NCBI GenBank assembly: GCA_014238535.1
Contig: JABAAW010000004.1
Coordinates: 1 to 60,811, forward strand
Source of the DNA: Alphaproteobacteria bacterium
GTDB taxonomy: Bacteria; Pseudomonadota; Alphaproteobacteria; JABAAW01
DNA: 60,811 bases
Direction of reading: 5' to 3'
Part shown: one piece after another, positions 46,765 to 58,409 of the stretch
How positions within the stretch are numbered: the first letter of the stretch is position 1
Layout of the letters: each line of letters opens with the position of its first letter
Position numbers and translations under genes: made by a program
Notes under the pieces: model-generated
What the model saw: only the letters and a program-made list of their open reading frames with translations
The model's database searches: none
What the model was told of the DNA's origin: nothing

Positions 46765-48878
46765 GCGCCTGCCTCCTTTTTTTCGTCTTCTAGCACGAGT
46801 GCGCGGAATTGCTCTAAGGCTTGCGGATTAGCGAGCGCATGAGCGTTTACGACCTTCTTATCGGCGACTTTTTCGCGTATGGCTATTTCGGTTATTTTCC
46901 CGGACCTTGTGCGAGGGATATCAGTCACTTGAAAGATTTTTGCAGGCACATGTCGCGGTGAGCAATTTTCGCGCAAGCGTTGTGATATTTTTGCGCGCAG
47001 TTTGTCGTCTAATGTAATTCCCTTTCGCAAGATTGTAAAAAGCAACATTTGAGTGTCATTTGCAGTTTGCTGCTCGATTGCAACCGCCTCGTCTACCTCT
47101 GGTATTGCCTCGACTTGTCGATATATTTCGGCGGTGCCTATACGCACGCCTGCGACATTTAGCGTTGCATCCGACCTTCCGTATATGGCGAACCCTCCTG
47201 TTGCGCTGTTCTGCTCGGCATAGTCGCCTTGGTGCCATAGTTGGCGCGAGGCTTCGGGGAATCGTTGATAGTATGTTTTTCGATAGCGCGTTTGTTTGTC
47301 GTCGTCGCCAAAGAAACCTAATGGTTGAGTTGGGAATGATTGCGCGCATACGAGCTCGCCTCTGCTATCGAACAAGGTTTGCGCGTTATCGTCTACGACC
47401 TCGACAGCCATCCCGAGCACGGCTACGGATATTTCTCCGCGATATACGGGCAAGGTTGGACATCCCATCACGAAACAACCGCACAGATCGCTCCCGCCGC
47501 TAATTGAAGATGGGAATGGGGCGGATAGAGATAGGTTATGCGCTATGGTATCGAAACCTTCAGGCGATAGGGGAGAGCCAGTTGCGATGGTTGCGCGTAA
47601 TGATTTTGTATCGAAGTGCTTGTACGGCTTGAATCCGATAATATCTAGAGCTGCGTGGTATTTAGCAGAGGCACCGAAGTGCGTTAGTTTTTCAAACTCT
47701 GCGATTTGCCAAAGGCGCCTACCCTCGTCGAACAATGGCGAGCCATCGTATAGAACGACCCGTACGCCACTAAACAACGAGCTGGTTAGCCAGTTCCACA
47801 TCATCCAGCCACAAGTAGTGAAGAAGAAGACGCGATCGCCTTTTCGCATGTCGCAATGTAGTTTATGCTCTAGTTCGTGTTGCAATAGCACGCCGCCGGC
47901 GCGATGAACGATACACTTAGGTGCGCCGGTAGTGCCGGAAGAATAGAGAATGAACAACGGGTGCGAAAATGGTAGAGGCGGGTATAAGAAAGGCTCGCCC
48001 TTATTTTTATTTGCTAGTTGCTCTTGCTCGAGCGTCTCTGCAAACGGGAACACGGCTATAGCAGTATTTTCTTTGGCAGTATTTTCTTTATCGTTTTGCT
48101 GTGCTGTGCATTCTCCAGCATTCGAGTCAGCATTTTTCATAATGCGCGAGCTGATGTCGACAGTGAAGAGCGTTTTCACAGAATTCAGGCGCGCTAGCAG
48201 TTTAGTAATTTCGTTTCGCCGATCGAAGAATTTTCCATTGTAAGTATATGCGTCTGCGACGAGCAATACCTTTGGCTGAGTTTGCGAGAATCGCTCGACG
48301 ATACTTTCTGCGCCGAAGTCTGGCGATGCGCTAGTCCACACGGCACCGATAGCGGCAGAGCCGAGCATGGCGATTACCGCCTCTGTAGAGTTAGGAAGAA
48401 CTGCTGCGACCCTATCACCTTTTTGTACGCCTACGCGCACTAGGATACGAGCGAAAGCCTCGACCCTGCAGCGCAACTGCTTGCGCGTTAAACATTGCCG
48501 CTCGCCTTGCTCGAACCAGCTAGAAAGAACTATCTGTTCGTCATCACCGCGTAAAAGATTTTCGGCAAAGTTTAATTTTGCGCGCGGAAAGAATCGCGTT
48601 TCTGCCATATCGTTGTTACTCTCGATGTAAGGCTTTTCACCGCTAGAACCTATGACTTCGGCAAAATTCCATATAGCGTACCAAAAGTCCTCTGGATTAT
48701 CTATCGACCAGCGCCACAGTTGCTCGTACTGCTGCTTTGTACGCGGTGCGCTGTCAAACTTTGTGAATCGTTGGCAAAAGTCTTGCAGTTGCGAAGAGGC
48801 GATAGCCTGTTCGGTTGGTTGCCATATCGGTGAAGGTAGTGCGTTTAGATTTTTTTCATGCATGCTTTTTTCTACCAT
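46761..48878 (-). CDS. Acetoacetate--CoA ligase
   Basis: FFPRAKLNFAENLL, ILYSSGTTGAPKCIVH, FFFTTCGWMMWNWL, SISGGSDLCGCF, GRSDATLN..GVRIGTAEIY, CSPRHVP. Confidence 0.92.
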   Translation of the reverse strand: MVEKSMHEKNLNALPSPIWQPTEQAIASSQLQDFCQRFTKFDSAPRTKQQYEQLWRWSIDNPEDFWYAIWNFAEVIGSSGEKPYIESNNDMAETRFFPRAKLNFAENLLRGDDEQIVLSSWFEQGERQCLTRKQLRCRVEAFARILVRVGVQKGDRVAAVLPNSTEAVIAMLGSAAIGAVWTSASPDFGAESIVERFSQTQPKVLLVADAYTYNGKFFDRRNEITKLLARLNSVKTLFTVDISSRIMKNADSNAGECTAQQNDKENTAKENTAIAVFPFAETLEQEQLANKNKGEPFLYPPLPFSHPLFILYSSGTTGAPKCIVHRAGGVLLQHELEHKLHCDMRKGDRVFFFTTCGWMMWNWLTSSLFSGVRVVLYDGSPLFDEGRRLWQIAEFEKLTHFGASAKYHAALDIIGFKPYKHFDTKSLRATIATGSPLSPEGFDTIAHNLSLSAPFPSSISGGSDLCGCFVMGCPTLPVYRGEISVAVLGMAVEVVDDNAQTLFDSRGELVCAQSFPTQPLGFFGDDDKQTRYRKTYYQRFPEASRQLWHQGDYAEQNSATGGFAIYGRSDATLNVAGVRIGTAEIYRQVEAIPEVDEAVAIEQQTANDTQMLLFTILRKGITLDDKLRAKISQRLRENCSPRHVPAKIFQVTDIPRTRSGKITEIAIREKVADKKVVNAHALANPQALEQFRALVLEDEKKEAGA

Positions 48879-49762
48879 GCTGCGAGCGGTGGTAGCGACA
48901 TTAGAACTGCGTCGTTATTTCCACCTGTTAGCAAGCCGAATCTAGTCCCGCGATCGTACAACAAATTGAACTCTGTATAGTATCCGCGTACGCGCAGCTG
49001 CTGCTGTCGCTGCTCCTCGCTCCATTCCTGATAGCATCTTTCACGCACTATACGCGGGAAGACTCGCAAGAAAGCCTCGCCGACCTCGCGCGTAAATTGG
49101 AAATCACGCTGCCAGTCGTCATTTAGATAGTCGAAGAATATTCCGCCAGCTCCCCTCGGGCGTTTTCGATGCCGAATGTAGAAATAATCATCGCACGCTT
49201 TAGCATATTTGCGATAGCGCTGAGGTTCGTATTTGTCGCATACGCTTTGGAATGCTTTATGAAAGATTTTGCTTGCCTCCTCGTCTGTAGCAGTAGGGGT
49301 TATATCGCCGCCGCCGCCAAACCATGCGTATTCGCTTTCGATATATCGCGTGTTGAAGTGCGCTGCGGGCACCAAAGGAGACCTAGGGTGCGCGACGAGA
49401 GAAATGCCGCTTGCCCAAAACCGCCCGTCTTTGGCGGCACCTTTGACCTCGCTTTGTAGTTCTGGCACGAATGCTCCGTGTACTGTTGAGATGTTGACAC
49501 CAATTTTTTCAAAGACCCGCCCGCGCATCAAGGATATCTCCCCCCCCCCACCTGCTCCCTTTTCGCTACTATCGTCTTCGCGTTGCCAAAGTTTACGCTG
49601 GAAGCAACCTGGTGGTTCATCAGCATTATAAGCTGCTATTTTAGACGATTGTAGGGATTGCTCGATATCTTCGAACGAACGGCAAAGACGATCTCGGAGT
49701 TTGCGAAACCACTGCTGTACCTGTTCTCGTTGTTGATCTTTTTGTTTTTGCGAAATCTGCAT
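48872..49762 (-). CDS. hemF: Oxygen-dependent coproporphyrinogen III oxidase
   Basis: GRVFEKIGVN.STVHG, FWASGISLVAHP.SP.VPA.HFNTR, WFGGGGDITP, RG.Y.EFNLLYDRGT.FGL, SLPP. Confidence 0.96.
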   Translation of the reverse strand: MQISQKQKDQQREQVQQWFRKLRDRLCRSFEDIEQSLQSSKIAAYNADEPPGCFQRKLWQREDDSSEKGAGGGGEISLMRGRVFEKIGVNISTVHGAFVPELQSEVKGAAKDGRFWASGISLVAHPRSPLVPAAHFNTRYIESEYAWFGGGGDITPTATDEEASKIFHKAFQSVCDKYEPQRYRKYAKACDDYFYIRHRKRPRGAGGIFFDYLNDDWQRDFQFTREVGEAFLRVFPRIVRERCYQEWSEEQRQQQLRVRGYYTEFNLLYDRGTRFGLLTGGNNDAVLMSLPPLAAW

Positions 49763-49860
49763 TGTTATACTAACCGCGTTGCTTTTATGCCTGACTATGT
49801 GTAAAAATATACGAAATAGAGTTTCTGGAGAAACCTAAAATAAAAATCCTTGAAGTTGTC

Positions 49861-49888
49861 TTGACACGACGAATTCATGGGATAACTT
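49861..49888 (+). promoter_or_regulatory. Candidate sigma70 promoter for the nuo operon
   Basis: Perfect -35 TTGACA at 49861-49866; TAACTT (T-A...T) 16 bp later; 30 nt upstream of nuoA. Confidence 0.45.
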
Positions 49889-49918
49889 GCACTGGTTATT
49901 TTATCTGTTTATTCTATT

Positions 49919-50287
49919 ATGGCTACGACCTTCTATACAGAATACTTTGCGGCATTAGTTTTTTTAGGCGTCGCGTTCGGCTTCTCGCTACTTTTTGTTG
50001 CGGTCAACTTTACGCTTGCAAGGAAAAATTCGTATGCAGAGAAGCTTAGCGCCTACGAGTGTGGTTTTGAGCAATTTGAAGATTCGCGTAGTCGCTTTGA
50101 TGTCAGGTTTTATTTAGTAACACTACTATTCATAGTATTTGATTTAGAAGTAGCGTTTTTGTTTCCTTGGGCGATGGCACTTCGTGAATTGTCGTTGCTA
50201 GGCTTTTTGTCAATGATAGTATTTTTGCTTGTGCTGTGCATTGGCTTCCTATACGAGTGGCGTAAGGGAGCGCTAGAATGGGAGTAA
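49919..50287 (+). CDS. nuoA: NADH-quinone oxidoreductase subunit A
   Basis: [46 protein letters not shown]. Confidence 0.97.
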   Translation: MATTFYTEYFAALVFLGVAFGFSLLFVAVNFTLARKNSYAEKLSAYECGFEQFEDSRSRFDVRFYLVTLLFIVFDLEVAFLFPWAMALRELSLLGFLSMIVFLLVLCIGFLYEWRKGALEWE

Positions 50288-50336
50288 TTGCAGTGCTTTA
50301 TTCCATGTTACTGCCGAAGGGCGTAGCGTATTTTTT

Positions 50337-50861
50337 ATGACGGGAAGTGGTTCTATGGCTATAGCTTCTAGGTTGCTACCATCGAATACGGAAGAAGTTG
50401 GCGAGCGGCATGGTTTCATAACGGCTCGTCTTGATGAACTTGTTGGCTGGGCGCAGAGTGGTTCGATGTGGCCTATGACCTTTGGGCTTGCTTGTTGCGC
50501 TGTTGAGATGATTCACGCTTATATGCCTCGCTACGACCTTGACCGCTTCGGTGTTTTTGTGCGTGCCTCACCTCGTCAATCGGATGTAATGATAGTTGCT
50601 GGTACTCTTACGAACAAGATGGCACCTGCGTTGCGTAAGGTTTATGACCAAATGGCGGAACCGCGCTGGGTAATTTCTATGGGTTCTTGCGCGAACGGAG
50701 GAGGCTACTACCACTACTCGTATTCTGTTGTTAGGGGTTGTGACCGTATAGTCCCTGTTGATATCTATGTTCCTGGCTGCCCGCCGACGGCGGAGGCGCT
50801 TGTGTATGGTATTTTGCAGTTAAAGAAGAAGATAAGACGCACGGCTCGCTTTCGTCGATGA
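50337..50861 (+). CDS. nuoB: NADH-quinone oxidoreductase subunit B
   Basis: [45 protein letters not shown]. Confidence 0.97.
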   Translation: MTGSGSMAIASRLLPSNTEEVGERHGFITARLDELVGWAQSGSMWPMTFGLACCAVEMIHAYMPRYDLDRFGVFVRASPRQSDVMIVAGTLTNKMAPALRKVYDQMAEPRWVISMGSCANGGGYYHYSYSVVRGCDRIVPVDIYVPGCPPTAEALVYGILQLKKKIRRTARFRR

Positions 50862-51514
50862 GTACGGTATCTGCTGCCTTTACTGCGAGAGATGCTGCAG
50901 GTGTTGAGGAACTAGCGTCGTATATCCTCTCGAAGAAGGGAGAGGAGCTTTCGCGAGAGACTCGCGACCCGCGCATGTTGTCGTTTCGCGTTCGTCCTAA
51001 CAAAGAGGGGGGAGTTTCTAGCTTACCGCTAGCGGGCGTTGCCAAGTTTTTGCGTGATGACAGGCAGTGCCTTTTTCGTTTGCTAGTTGATATATGTGGA
51101 GTTGACTACCCTAACCGCGAGTTTCGTTTTGAGGTTGTCTATCATTTTTTGAGCGTAACGCATAACATGCGTTTGCGTTTGCTAGTTGATGCGGACGAGT
51201 CTTTATTTGTTCCATCGTTGCACTCGATATTTCCTAGTGCTTGTTGGTATGAACGCGAGTGTTGGGATATGTATGGCATTAGATTTTCTGATCATCCGGA
51301 CTTACGTCGTCTATTGAGTGACTATGGATTTTCTGGTCATCCACTGCGCAAGGATTTTCCTCTTACGGGTTATACGGAAGTTAGGTATGACGAGGCTGAG
51401 GGTCGTATTGTGCATGAGAAGGTATCGCTTACGCAGGATTTGCGTTCGCAAGCTTCGCTGATGCCTTGGCATGGCTTATGTAGGGACGAGTTTTCGGAAG
51501 ACAAGGGTCTTTGA
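50858..51514 (+). CDS. nuoC: NADH-quinone oxidoreductase subunit C
   Basis: [56 protein letters not shown]. Confidence 0.96.
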   Translation: MSTVSAAFTARDAAGVEELASYILSKKGEELSRETRDPRMLSFRVRPNKEGGVSSLPLAGVAKFLRDDRQCLFRLLVDICGVDYPNREFRFEVVYHFLSVTHNMRLRLLVDADESLFVPSLHSIFPSACWYERECWDMYGIRFSDHPDLRRLLSDYGFSGHPLRKDFPLTGYTEVRYDEAEGRIVHEKVSLTQDLRSQASLMPWHGLCRDEFSEDKGL

Positions 51515-51524
51515 GATTGAGATT

Positions 51525-52751
51525 ATGTCTACTAGGTTAGTTTCGGATGATGTTACTGGTCAGTCGCAGATTTCGACTGATCCGACTTTACGTACTGTAA
51601 CGATGAACTTTGGTCCGCAGCATCCTGCGGCGCATGGTGTATTGCGATTGGTAATGGAGATGGACGGCGAGGTAATAGAGCGTTTGGACCCTCACATTGG
51701 CTTACTGCACCGAGGTACGGAGAAGTTGATTGAGCATAAGACTTACCTTCAGGCGCTTCCGTATTTTGACCGACTGGACTATGTATCGCCTTTATGCCAG
51801 GAGCATGCTTTTGTTCGCTCTGCGGAGATATTGTTATCGATAGTTCCTCCTCGCCGCTGTCAATTTATCCGAGTTTTATATGATGAGATAACGAGGATTC
51901 TGAATCATTTATTGAGCGTTACGAGTTACGCGATGGATGTTGGAGCGTTGACTCCTGCGTTATGGGGTTATGAGGAGCGAGAGAAGTTGATGGAGTTTTA
52001 CGAGGCTGCGTCTGGCGCGCGTTTGCATGCTGCGTATTACCGAGTTGGCGGAGTTTACCGTGACCTTCCTGCGGGATTAGAGGATCGTATTAGCGCTTGG
52101 GCGGATGAGTTTCCGAAATTTATGGACGATATGGAGACTTTATTGACTGGTAACCGAATATTTAAACAGCGCTCTGTTGATATAGGCATTATATCGACGG
52201 ATGATGCGCTTTCGTGGGGTTTCACGGGTCCTATGTTGCGAGCGACTGGTCTTCCGTGGGACTTGCGCAAATCGTCTCCCTATGCGGTTTATGACGAGTT
52301 AGACTTTCAGATTCCTGTTGGTACGAATGGAGATTGTTACGACAGGTATTTGGTGCGTGTGGCGGAGATGAGACAATCGTTGGAGCTTATCCGCCAATGT
52401 TTGCGAGAGATGCCGACTGGAGCGGTTTGCATAGATGACAACAAGATAGTTCCGCCGAGTCGCAAGGCGATGAAATCGAATATGGAATCTATGATTCACC
52501 ACTTTAAGCTTTTTTCTGAGGGTTTTCATGTTCCTGCGGGCGAGGTTTATTGCGCGGTTGAGGCGCCGAAGGGCGAGTTTGGAGTTTATTTAGTCTCGGA
52601 CGGAGGTAACAAGCCGTATCGCTGTAAGATTCGCGCGCCTGGCTTTGCGCACCTTCAGGCGATGGAGAAGTTGTGCAAGGGTCATATGCTTGCGGATTCT
52701 GTTGCGGTTTTGGGCTCGCTTGACGTTGTATTTGGCGAGATTGACCGTTAG
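51525..52751 (+). CDS. nuoD: NADH-quinone oxidoreductase subunit D (ATG at 51525 preferred)
   Basis: [54 protein letters not shown]. Confidence 0.97.
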   Translation: MSTRLVSDDVTGQSQISTDPTLRTVTMNFGPQHPAAHGVLRLVMEMDGEVIERLDPHIGLLHRGTEKLIEHKTYLQALPYFDRLDYVSPLCQEHAFVRSAEILLSIVPPRRCQFIRVLYDEITRILNHLLSVTSYAMDVGALTPALWGYEEREKLMEFYEAASGARLHAAYYRVGGVYRDLPAGLEDRISAWADEFPKFMDDMETLLTGNRIFKQRSVDIGIISTDDALSWGFTGPMLRATGLPWDLRKSSPYAVYDELDFQIPVGTNGDCYDRYLVRVAEMRQSLELIRQCLREMPTGAVCIDDNKIVPPSRKAMKSNMESMIHHFKLFSEGFHVPAGEVYCAVEAPKGEFGVYLVSDGGNKPYRCKIRAPGFAHLQAMEKLCKGHMLADSVAVLGSLDVVFGEIDR

Positions 52752-52755
52752 CATT

Positions 52756-53325
52756 ATGTCGGTAAGCAAGAATACGACACGAGAAGATTTTGCATTTCGC
52801 GGTGGTTTTGCGGAGCGTGCGAAGAAGGAGTTAGCGAAGTATCCGGCCTCTCGCAAGCAGAGTGCGGTTCTTGCGCTCCTTGACCTTGCGCAACGACAGA
52901 ACAAGTTGACTAACTGCGTTACGGATAATGCGATGTCTAGCATTGCGTCTATGCTTGGCATGTCTGTTTTGCGCCTAGAGGAAGTTGCGAGTTTTTACAC
53001 GATGATAAACCGCAAGTCGGTAGGTAAGTATCATGTGCAATGCTGTATGACGACGCCGTGCATGCTGTGTGGCAGCGATGATCTATTGCCGTTTATTGAG
53101 AAGCACCTTGGCATTGTTTGTGGCGAGAGCACGAGCGATGGTTTATTCACGCTATCGCGTGTTGAATGCCTTGGAGCTTGCGCTAACGCGCCGGTTGTGC
53201 AGATAAACGATGATTTTCACGAGGATGTTACGCCTGAGCGTATGGGCGAGATTCTTAGGAAGTTAAAGCCTAGCAAGAAGAATGTTGCGAAGGTTTCGCC
53301 TGCTACGCGTGGCGCGAAGCTTTAG
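52756..53325 (+). CDS. nuoE: NADH-quinone oxidoreductase subunit E (ATG at 52756 preferred)
   Basis: KYP.SRKQSAVL.LL.LAQRQ, EVASFYTM, C.TTPC.L.G, VECLGAC.NAPVVQIN. Confidence 0.95.
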   Translation: MSVSKNTTREDFAFRGGFAERAKKELAKYPASRKQSAVLALLDLAQRQNKLTNCVTDNAMSSIASMLGMSVLRLEEVASFYTMINRKSVGKYHVQCCMTTPCMLCGSDDLLPFIEKHLGIVCGESTSDGLFTLSRVECLGACANAPVVQINDDFHEDVTPERMGEILRKLKPSKKNVAKVSPATRGAKL

Positions 53326-53340
53326 TAGGGAATTTTTTAG

Positions 53341-54645
53341 ATGCTAGAAGATAAGGACAAGATTTTCACTAACCTTGACGGTCGTGCTGCGGTTGATCTT
53401 GCGTCGTCGAAAGATCGCGGTATCTGGCATCAGACTTCGCGTTTGGTTAAGCGAGGTAGGGATAGCATAGTTGAGGAGATCAAGGAGTCTGGTTTGCGAG
53501 GTCGTGGTGGTGCGGGCTTTCCGACTGGATTGAAGTGGTCTTTCATGCCGCGTAGTTCGTCTCTTCCTTGCTACCTTGTAGTTAATGCGGACGAATCGGA
53601 GCCTGGTACTTGTAAGGATCGTGACATGATAAGATTTGAACCGCATCGCCTCCTTGAAGGTTGCTTGCTATCGGCGGTTGGGATTGGTGCGCATTGCGTT
53701 TATATTTATATCCGCGGTGAGTTTGTGCGCGAGTCGGAAGTTTTGCAAGAAGCGATCGATGAAGCGTATGGCGATGGTTTATTAGGCAAGAATGCTGCGG
53801 GCAGTGGCTACGATCTGGAGCTTTACCTGCATCGTGGCGCGGGGGCTTATATCTGTGGCGAGGAGACAGCGCTACTGGAGAGTTTGGAAGGCAAGAAAGG
53901 TCAGCCGCGCTTGAAGCCTCCTTTTCCTGCGGGTCTTGGTCTATATGGTTGCCCGACGACGGTAAACAATGTTGAGACTATTGCTGTTGTCCCGACGATT
54001 CTCAGACGCGGCGCGAGTTGGTTTTCATCCTTTGGGCGAGAAGGCAACCGCGGTACTAAGGTGTTTTCTATATCGGGTCATGTAAATAAGAGCTGCAATG
54101 TCGAAGAAACGATGTCTGTACCACTGAAAGACCTGATAGAACATTCCGCTGGTGGCGTGCGGGGGGGGTGGGATAACTTGCTTGCGGTTATTCCTGGTGG
54201 CTCTAGCGTTCCGCTGCTTCCCCGCTCGTTATGCGAGACGGCACTTATGGACTACGATTCTTTGCAAGAGTTAGATAGTGGATTTGGCACAGGGGCGGTA
54301 ATAGTCATGGACCGTTCGACGGACATCATCAAGGCTATTGCGAGACTTTCGCACTTTTACAAGCACGAGAGTTGTGGTCAATGTACGCCTTGTCGCGAGG
54401 GCACTGGCTGGATGTGGCGAGTGCTTGAACGCCTTGCTGAGGGGCGTGGTCAAACCTCGGAGATTGATTTACTGCTTCAAGTATCGAAGCAAGTAGAGGG
54501 GCATACGATATGCGCGTTGGGAGATGCTGCGGCTTGGCCTGTCCAAGGTTTGATTCGCCATTTTCGTAGCGAAATAGTATCGCGCATCGAGACTAGACAA
54601 GAGAAGGAAAGCTCTAGCGCGGTTTTAGCGGAGGAGCCTGCCTGA
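53341..54645 (+). CDS. nuoF: NADH-quinone oxidoreductase subunit F
   Basis: [65 protein letters not shown]. Confidence 0.97.
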   Translation: MLEDKDKIFTNLDGRAAVDLASSKDRGIWHQTSRLVKRGRDSIVEEIKESGLRGRGGAGFPTGLKWSFMPRSSSLPCYLVVNADESEPGTCKDRDMIRFEPHRLLEGCLLSAVGIGAHCVYIYIRGEFVRESEVLQEAIDEAYGDGLLGKNAAGSGYDLELYLHRGAGAYICGEETALLESLEGKKGQPRLKPPFPAGLGLYGCPTTVNNVETIAVVPTILRRGASWFSSFGREGNRGTKVFSISGHVNKSCNVEETMSVPLKDLIEHSAGGVRGGWDNLLAVIPGGSSVPLLPRSLCETALMDYDSLQELDSGFGTGAVIVMDRSTDIIKAIARLSHFYKHESCGQCTPCREGTGWMWRVLERLAEGRGQTSEIDLLLQVSKQVEGHTICALGDAAAWPVQGLIRHFRSEIVSRIETRQEKESSSAVLAEEPA

Positions 54646-54655
54646 TAGGAACACT

Positions 54656-56740
54656 ATGTCTAGTTCTATGGTTAAGATAACGATAGATGGTAAGGAGCAC
54701 GAATGCGATTCGAGCTTGACGGTACTGCAAGCGTGCGAGGAAGTTGGTATCGAGATACCGCGCTTTTGCTACCATGACCGCTTGTCGATCGCTGGTAATT
54801 GTCGAATGTGTTTAGTCGATGTATCGCCTGGTCCTGCGAAACCGCAGGCGTCATGCGCGTTGCCTATTGCCTCTGGAATGAACATTACGACTGCCTCGCC
54901 TAGCGTGCGCAAAGCGCGCAAGGGAGTGATGGAATTCTTGCTTATCAACCACCCGCTGGATTGCCCTATCTGTGATCAGGGCGGAGAATGCGATCTACAA
55001 GACTTAGCGCTATCGTATGGCTTTGATAGAGGTCGTTTTATAGAAAACAAGCGAGCGGTTAGTGAAAAGTATATGGGTCCGCTTATCAAGACGATTATGA
55101 CTCGTTGCATCCACTGCACGAGGTGCGTTCGTTTTGCAAACGAGGTTGCGGGCATAGACTCTATAGGTATGGTTGGTCGGGGGGAGAGTGTGGAAATCAC
55201 GAGCCTTGAGAAGACGATCGATTCGGAGCTTTCAGGCAATGTTATCGACTTATGCCCTGTTGGTGCGCTTACCTCGAAACCCTATGCCTATCGTGCACGC
55301 TCGTGGGAGCTTGAAAAGACAGATAGCATCGATGTAATGGACGCTGTGGGAAGTAACATCCGCGTTGATAGTAAGAACGGAAAGGTTATGCGCATTCTTC
55401 CGCGTTTGCACGAAGATGTTAACGAAGAATGGATATCGGATAAGGCCCGCTTTTCGTGCGATGGTCTTGCGTGTCAACGTCTCGACCGCCCCTATGTGCG
55501 CGACGAAAAGAAGGAGCTCGTTGCGGTCGACTGGCAAGAAGCTCTATCGCGCACGGCGACTAGCATACTTGAAGCGAAGAATAGAATAGTAGGGCTTGCA
55601 GGCGACCATAGCGACTTGGAATCGATGTATGCGCTAAAGAAGATGCTCCTAGCACTTGGTATTGATGGTTTTGACACGCGCCAAGGCGGTGCGTGCTATG
55701 ATCCTGGTTTTCGTCATGGTTACTTATTCAACACAGGTATAGGTAATGTCTCGCGAGCGGATGCGCTACTTATAGTTGGTTGCAACCCGCGCGAAGATGC
55801 GCCTGTGGTTAATGCGCGTATCCGTCAGGGTTGGCTACAGGGTAATTTGCGTAGCGCGTATGGCATAGGTGTTGCGTGCGATGTCAGCTATCCTTGCAAC
55901 TGGATAAGCGATAGTTCTAGTGCGTTGCTAGAAATAGCTTCTGGCAAGGATAGGCTAGGTGTTTTTGCAACGCTTAATGCAGCGGAGCGTCCGATGCTAT
56001 TGCTGGGCTACGATGCGTTGGAGCGCAAGGACGGCAAGGAGATATGGAAGTTGTGCGGTAAGCTAGCGGAGAAGAGCGGCATGATAGGTGAAGATTGGAA
56101 TGGCTTTAACATGCTACATCGAACGGCTTCTGCTGTTGGTGCTTGCGAGATTGGCTTTAACCGAAGAGAAAATGGGATCAACCCATTGCTAGTATCGATG
56201 GCAAAGGGGGAAGTTGATGTTGCGATAGTTATGGGAGCGGACGAGTTTGACTTAGATTCATTGGAGAAATGTTTCACGGTTTATATTGGGCATCACGGTG
56301 ATCGAGTTGCGCAAGTTGCGGATGTTATCTTACCGAGTGCTGCGTATACAGAGAAGAGTGGCATGTGGGTTAACCTAGAGGGTCGTGTGCAGATGGGCTT
56401 TGCTGCTGTTGCGCCACCTGGCGAAGCACGAGCGGATTGGCGTATTCTTAGAGCGTTATCGGAGCATTTGAATGTAGTGCCTAGTTGGAATAGCCTACAA
56501 GAGCTACGCGTTGCTTTGTGGAAGGAGCATCCAGATTTACGAGAGCTGGATGGCGTCTTGCAAGCGGATTGGCATTCGTTAGGCGATGTTGTATCTAGGA
56601 AGGAGGGATTGCACGCAACGCCTATAGTTTCGCGCTGTAAGAACTACTATATGAGCGACCCTATTTCCCGCGCCTCTTCGACGATGGCGGAGTGTACGCG
56701 TGCGCGGCGCGAGTTGCGAGAGAAAGACAAGGCGGCTTGA
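54656..56740 (+). CDS. nuoG: NADH-quinone oxidoreductase subunit G
   Basis: PRFCYHDRLSIAGNCRMCLV, HPLDCPICDQGGECDLQD, CIHCTRCVRF, CPVGALT, NEEWISDK.RF. Confidence 0.97.
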   Translation: MSSSMVKITIDGKEHECDSSLTVLQACEEVGIEIPRFCYHDRLSIAGNCRMCLVDVSPGPAKPQASCALPIASGMNITTASPSVRKARKGVMEFLLINHPLDCPICDQGGECDLQDLALSYGFDRGRFIENKRAVSEKYMGPLIKTIMTRCIHCTRCVRFANEVAGIDSIGMVGRGESVEITSLEKTIDSELSGNVIDLCPVGALTSKPYAYRARSWELEKTDSIDVMDAVGSNIRVDSKNGKVMRILPRLHEDVNEEWISDKARFSCDGLACQRLDRPYVRDEKKELVAVDWQEALSRTATSILEAKNRIVGLAGDHSDLESMYALKKMLLALGIDGFDTRQGGACYDPGFRHGYLFNTGIGNVSRADALLIVGCNPREDAPVVNARIRQGWLQGNLRSAYGIGVACDVSYPCNWISDSSSALLEIASGKDRLGVFATLNAAERPMLLLGYDALERKDGKEIWKLCGKLAEKSGMIGEDWNGFNMLHRTASAVGACEIGFNRRENGINPLLVSMAKGEVDVAIVMGADEFDLDSLEKCFTVYIGHHGDRVAQVADVILPSAAYTEKSGMWVNLEGRVQMGFAAVAPPGEARADWRILRALSEHLNVVPSWNSLQELRVALWKEHPDLRELDGVLQADWHSLGDVVSRKEGLHATPIVSRCKNYYMSDPISRASSTMAECTRARRELREKDKAA

Positions 56741-56763
56741 TCTATGTATAGAGTTTTTTAGGC

Positions 56764-57813
56764 ATGGAAGCTTTACCCTTCGCATCGTCTGCTTCGTGGC
56801 AAGAGATTATTTGGCAACAAAACATCAAACCTATTTTATTGTTAATCGGTATTTCTGTTGCGATTATTCTATGCGTTATCATTGCGGTTGCGTATCTTAC
56901 CTATGCGGAACGCAAGGTATTGGCTTGGATTCAACGACGCCGAGGTCCGAATACGGTAGGTCCGTTTGGTTTGCTGCAACCTTTTGCGGATGCTTTTAAG
57001 CTTATTTTCAAGGAACCTGTGATTCCAGCTGGAGCGGATAGGGTAGTTTTTTTGTGTGCGCCTATTCTGACTTTTGGTCTTGCGCTAGGAGCTTGGGCGG
57101 TTATTCCTATTGCTGACGGGGTTGTTTTTGCGGATGTCAATGCGGGTATTTTGTATTTATTTGCGCTTTCGTCGCTTGGAGTTTATGGGGTTATCATGGG
57201 AGGCTGGGCTTCTAACTCGCAATATGCGTTTCTTGGAGCGATGCGTTCTGCAGCGCAGATGATTTCTTACGAGATAGCGATCGGCTTTGTTATTGTTTGC
57301 GTTCTGCTGCTGTCTGGTTCGTTGAACCTTAGTAGTATTGTGCATGCGCAATCTGAGATGTGGTTTATATTTCCGTTATTTCCGATGGCGATAATATTTT
57401 TTATATCTGGTTTAGCGGAGACGAACAGGGCGCCATTCGACCTGCCTGAGAGTGAGAGCGAGCTTGTATCTGGTTTTAATGTTGAGTATTCGGGTATGGT
57501 ATTCGCATTATTTTTTTTAGGCGAGTATGCGAATATGATATTGATAGCGGCGCTAGCGACTCTTTTTTTCTTTGGTGGTTGGCTATCGCCAATTTCGTTT
57601 GAGCCATTTTTATCAGTCCCTGCGCCTGTGTGGTTTATGCTCAAGGTATGTATTTTGTTATTTTTGTTTCTTTGGGTAAGGGGGACTTTTCCGCGTTATC
57701 GCTATGATCAGCTTATGCGTCTTGGTTGGAAGGTATTTCTTCCGTTATCTTTGCTATGGGTAATTTTTATTTCTAGTCTGGTTTATTTTTTTGATATTCC
57801 TAGTCGAGTTTAA
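56764..57813 (+). CDS. nuoH: NADH-quinone oxidoreductase subunit H
   Basis: [63 protein letters not shown]. Confidence 0.97.
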   Translation: MEALPFASSASWQEIIWQQNIKPILLLIGISVAIILCVIIAVAYLTYAERKVLAWIQRRRGPNTVGPFGLLQPFADAFKLIFKEPVIPAGADRVVFLCAPILTFGLALGAWAVIPIADGVVFADVNAGILYLFALSSLGVYGVIMGGWASNSQYAFLGAMRSAAQMISYEIAIGFVIVCVLLLSGSLNLSSIVHAQSEMWFIFPLFPMAIIFFISGLAETNRAPFDLPESESELVSGFNVEYSGMVFALFFLGEYANMILIAALATLFFFGGWLSPISFEPFLSVPAPVWFMLKVCILLFLFLWVRGTFPRYRYDQLMRLGWKVFLPLSLLWVIFISSLVYFFDIPSRV

Positions 57814-57860
57814 TTTTATCTAGCAAGACTTTGTCTGCCTAATAGTTTATTACTTATAGT

Positions 57861-58349
57861 ATGTATTCTTTTTTACGCTTTATTCATTCTTTTTTGCTAC
57901 TAGACTTGTTGCGCGGGTTATTTTTGACTTTTCGCAGTATGTTTCGTAGCAAGCATACATTGAACTATCCGTATGAGAAGGGTCGTCTTAGCCCTCGCTT
58001 TCGCGGAGAGCATGCGTTGCGCCGTTATGCGAATGGGGAGGAGCGTTGTATAGCGTGCAAATTATGTGAATCTGTTTGTCCTGCGCAAGCGATTACGATT
58101 GACTCAGTTGAGCGAGAGGATGGTTCTCGGCGAGCGATTCGTTACGATATCGATATGACCAAATGTATCTACTGTGGATTATGCGAGGAATCGTGCCCTG
58201 TTGATGCGATTGTGCAGGGAAGTAATTTCGAATTCGCAACGGAAAAAAGGGAAGAATTACTTTTCGACAAGCAACACCTCCTTGATAATGGTGATCGCTG
58301 GGAAGAAGCATTATCAGCAAATCTCAAGCGCGACGAACTCTATCGGTAA
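57861..58349 (+). CDS. nuoI: NADH-quinone oxidoreductase subunit I
   Basis: [48 protein letters not shown]. Confidence 0.97.
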   Translation: MYSFLRFIHSFLLLDLLRGLFLTFRSMFRSKHTLNYPYEKGRLSPRFRGEHALRRYANGEERCIACKLCESVCPAQAITIDSVEREDGSRRAIRYDIDMTKCIYCGLCEESCPVDAIVQGSNFEFATEKREELLFDKQHLLDNGDRWEEALSANLKRDELYR

Positions 58350-58409
58350 AATAAGCCTAAAAAGGAAACTCCTGTATAACAAATACAAATAATAACGCCT
58401 TATATTCCA

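Noticed and set aside
49763-49918. tRNA gene upstream of nuoA
   Set aside because: No T-loop GTTCRA motif or cloverleaf here or in the other intergenic gaps inspected.
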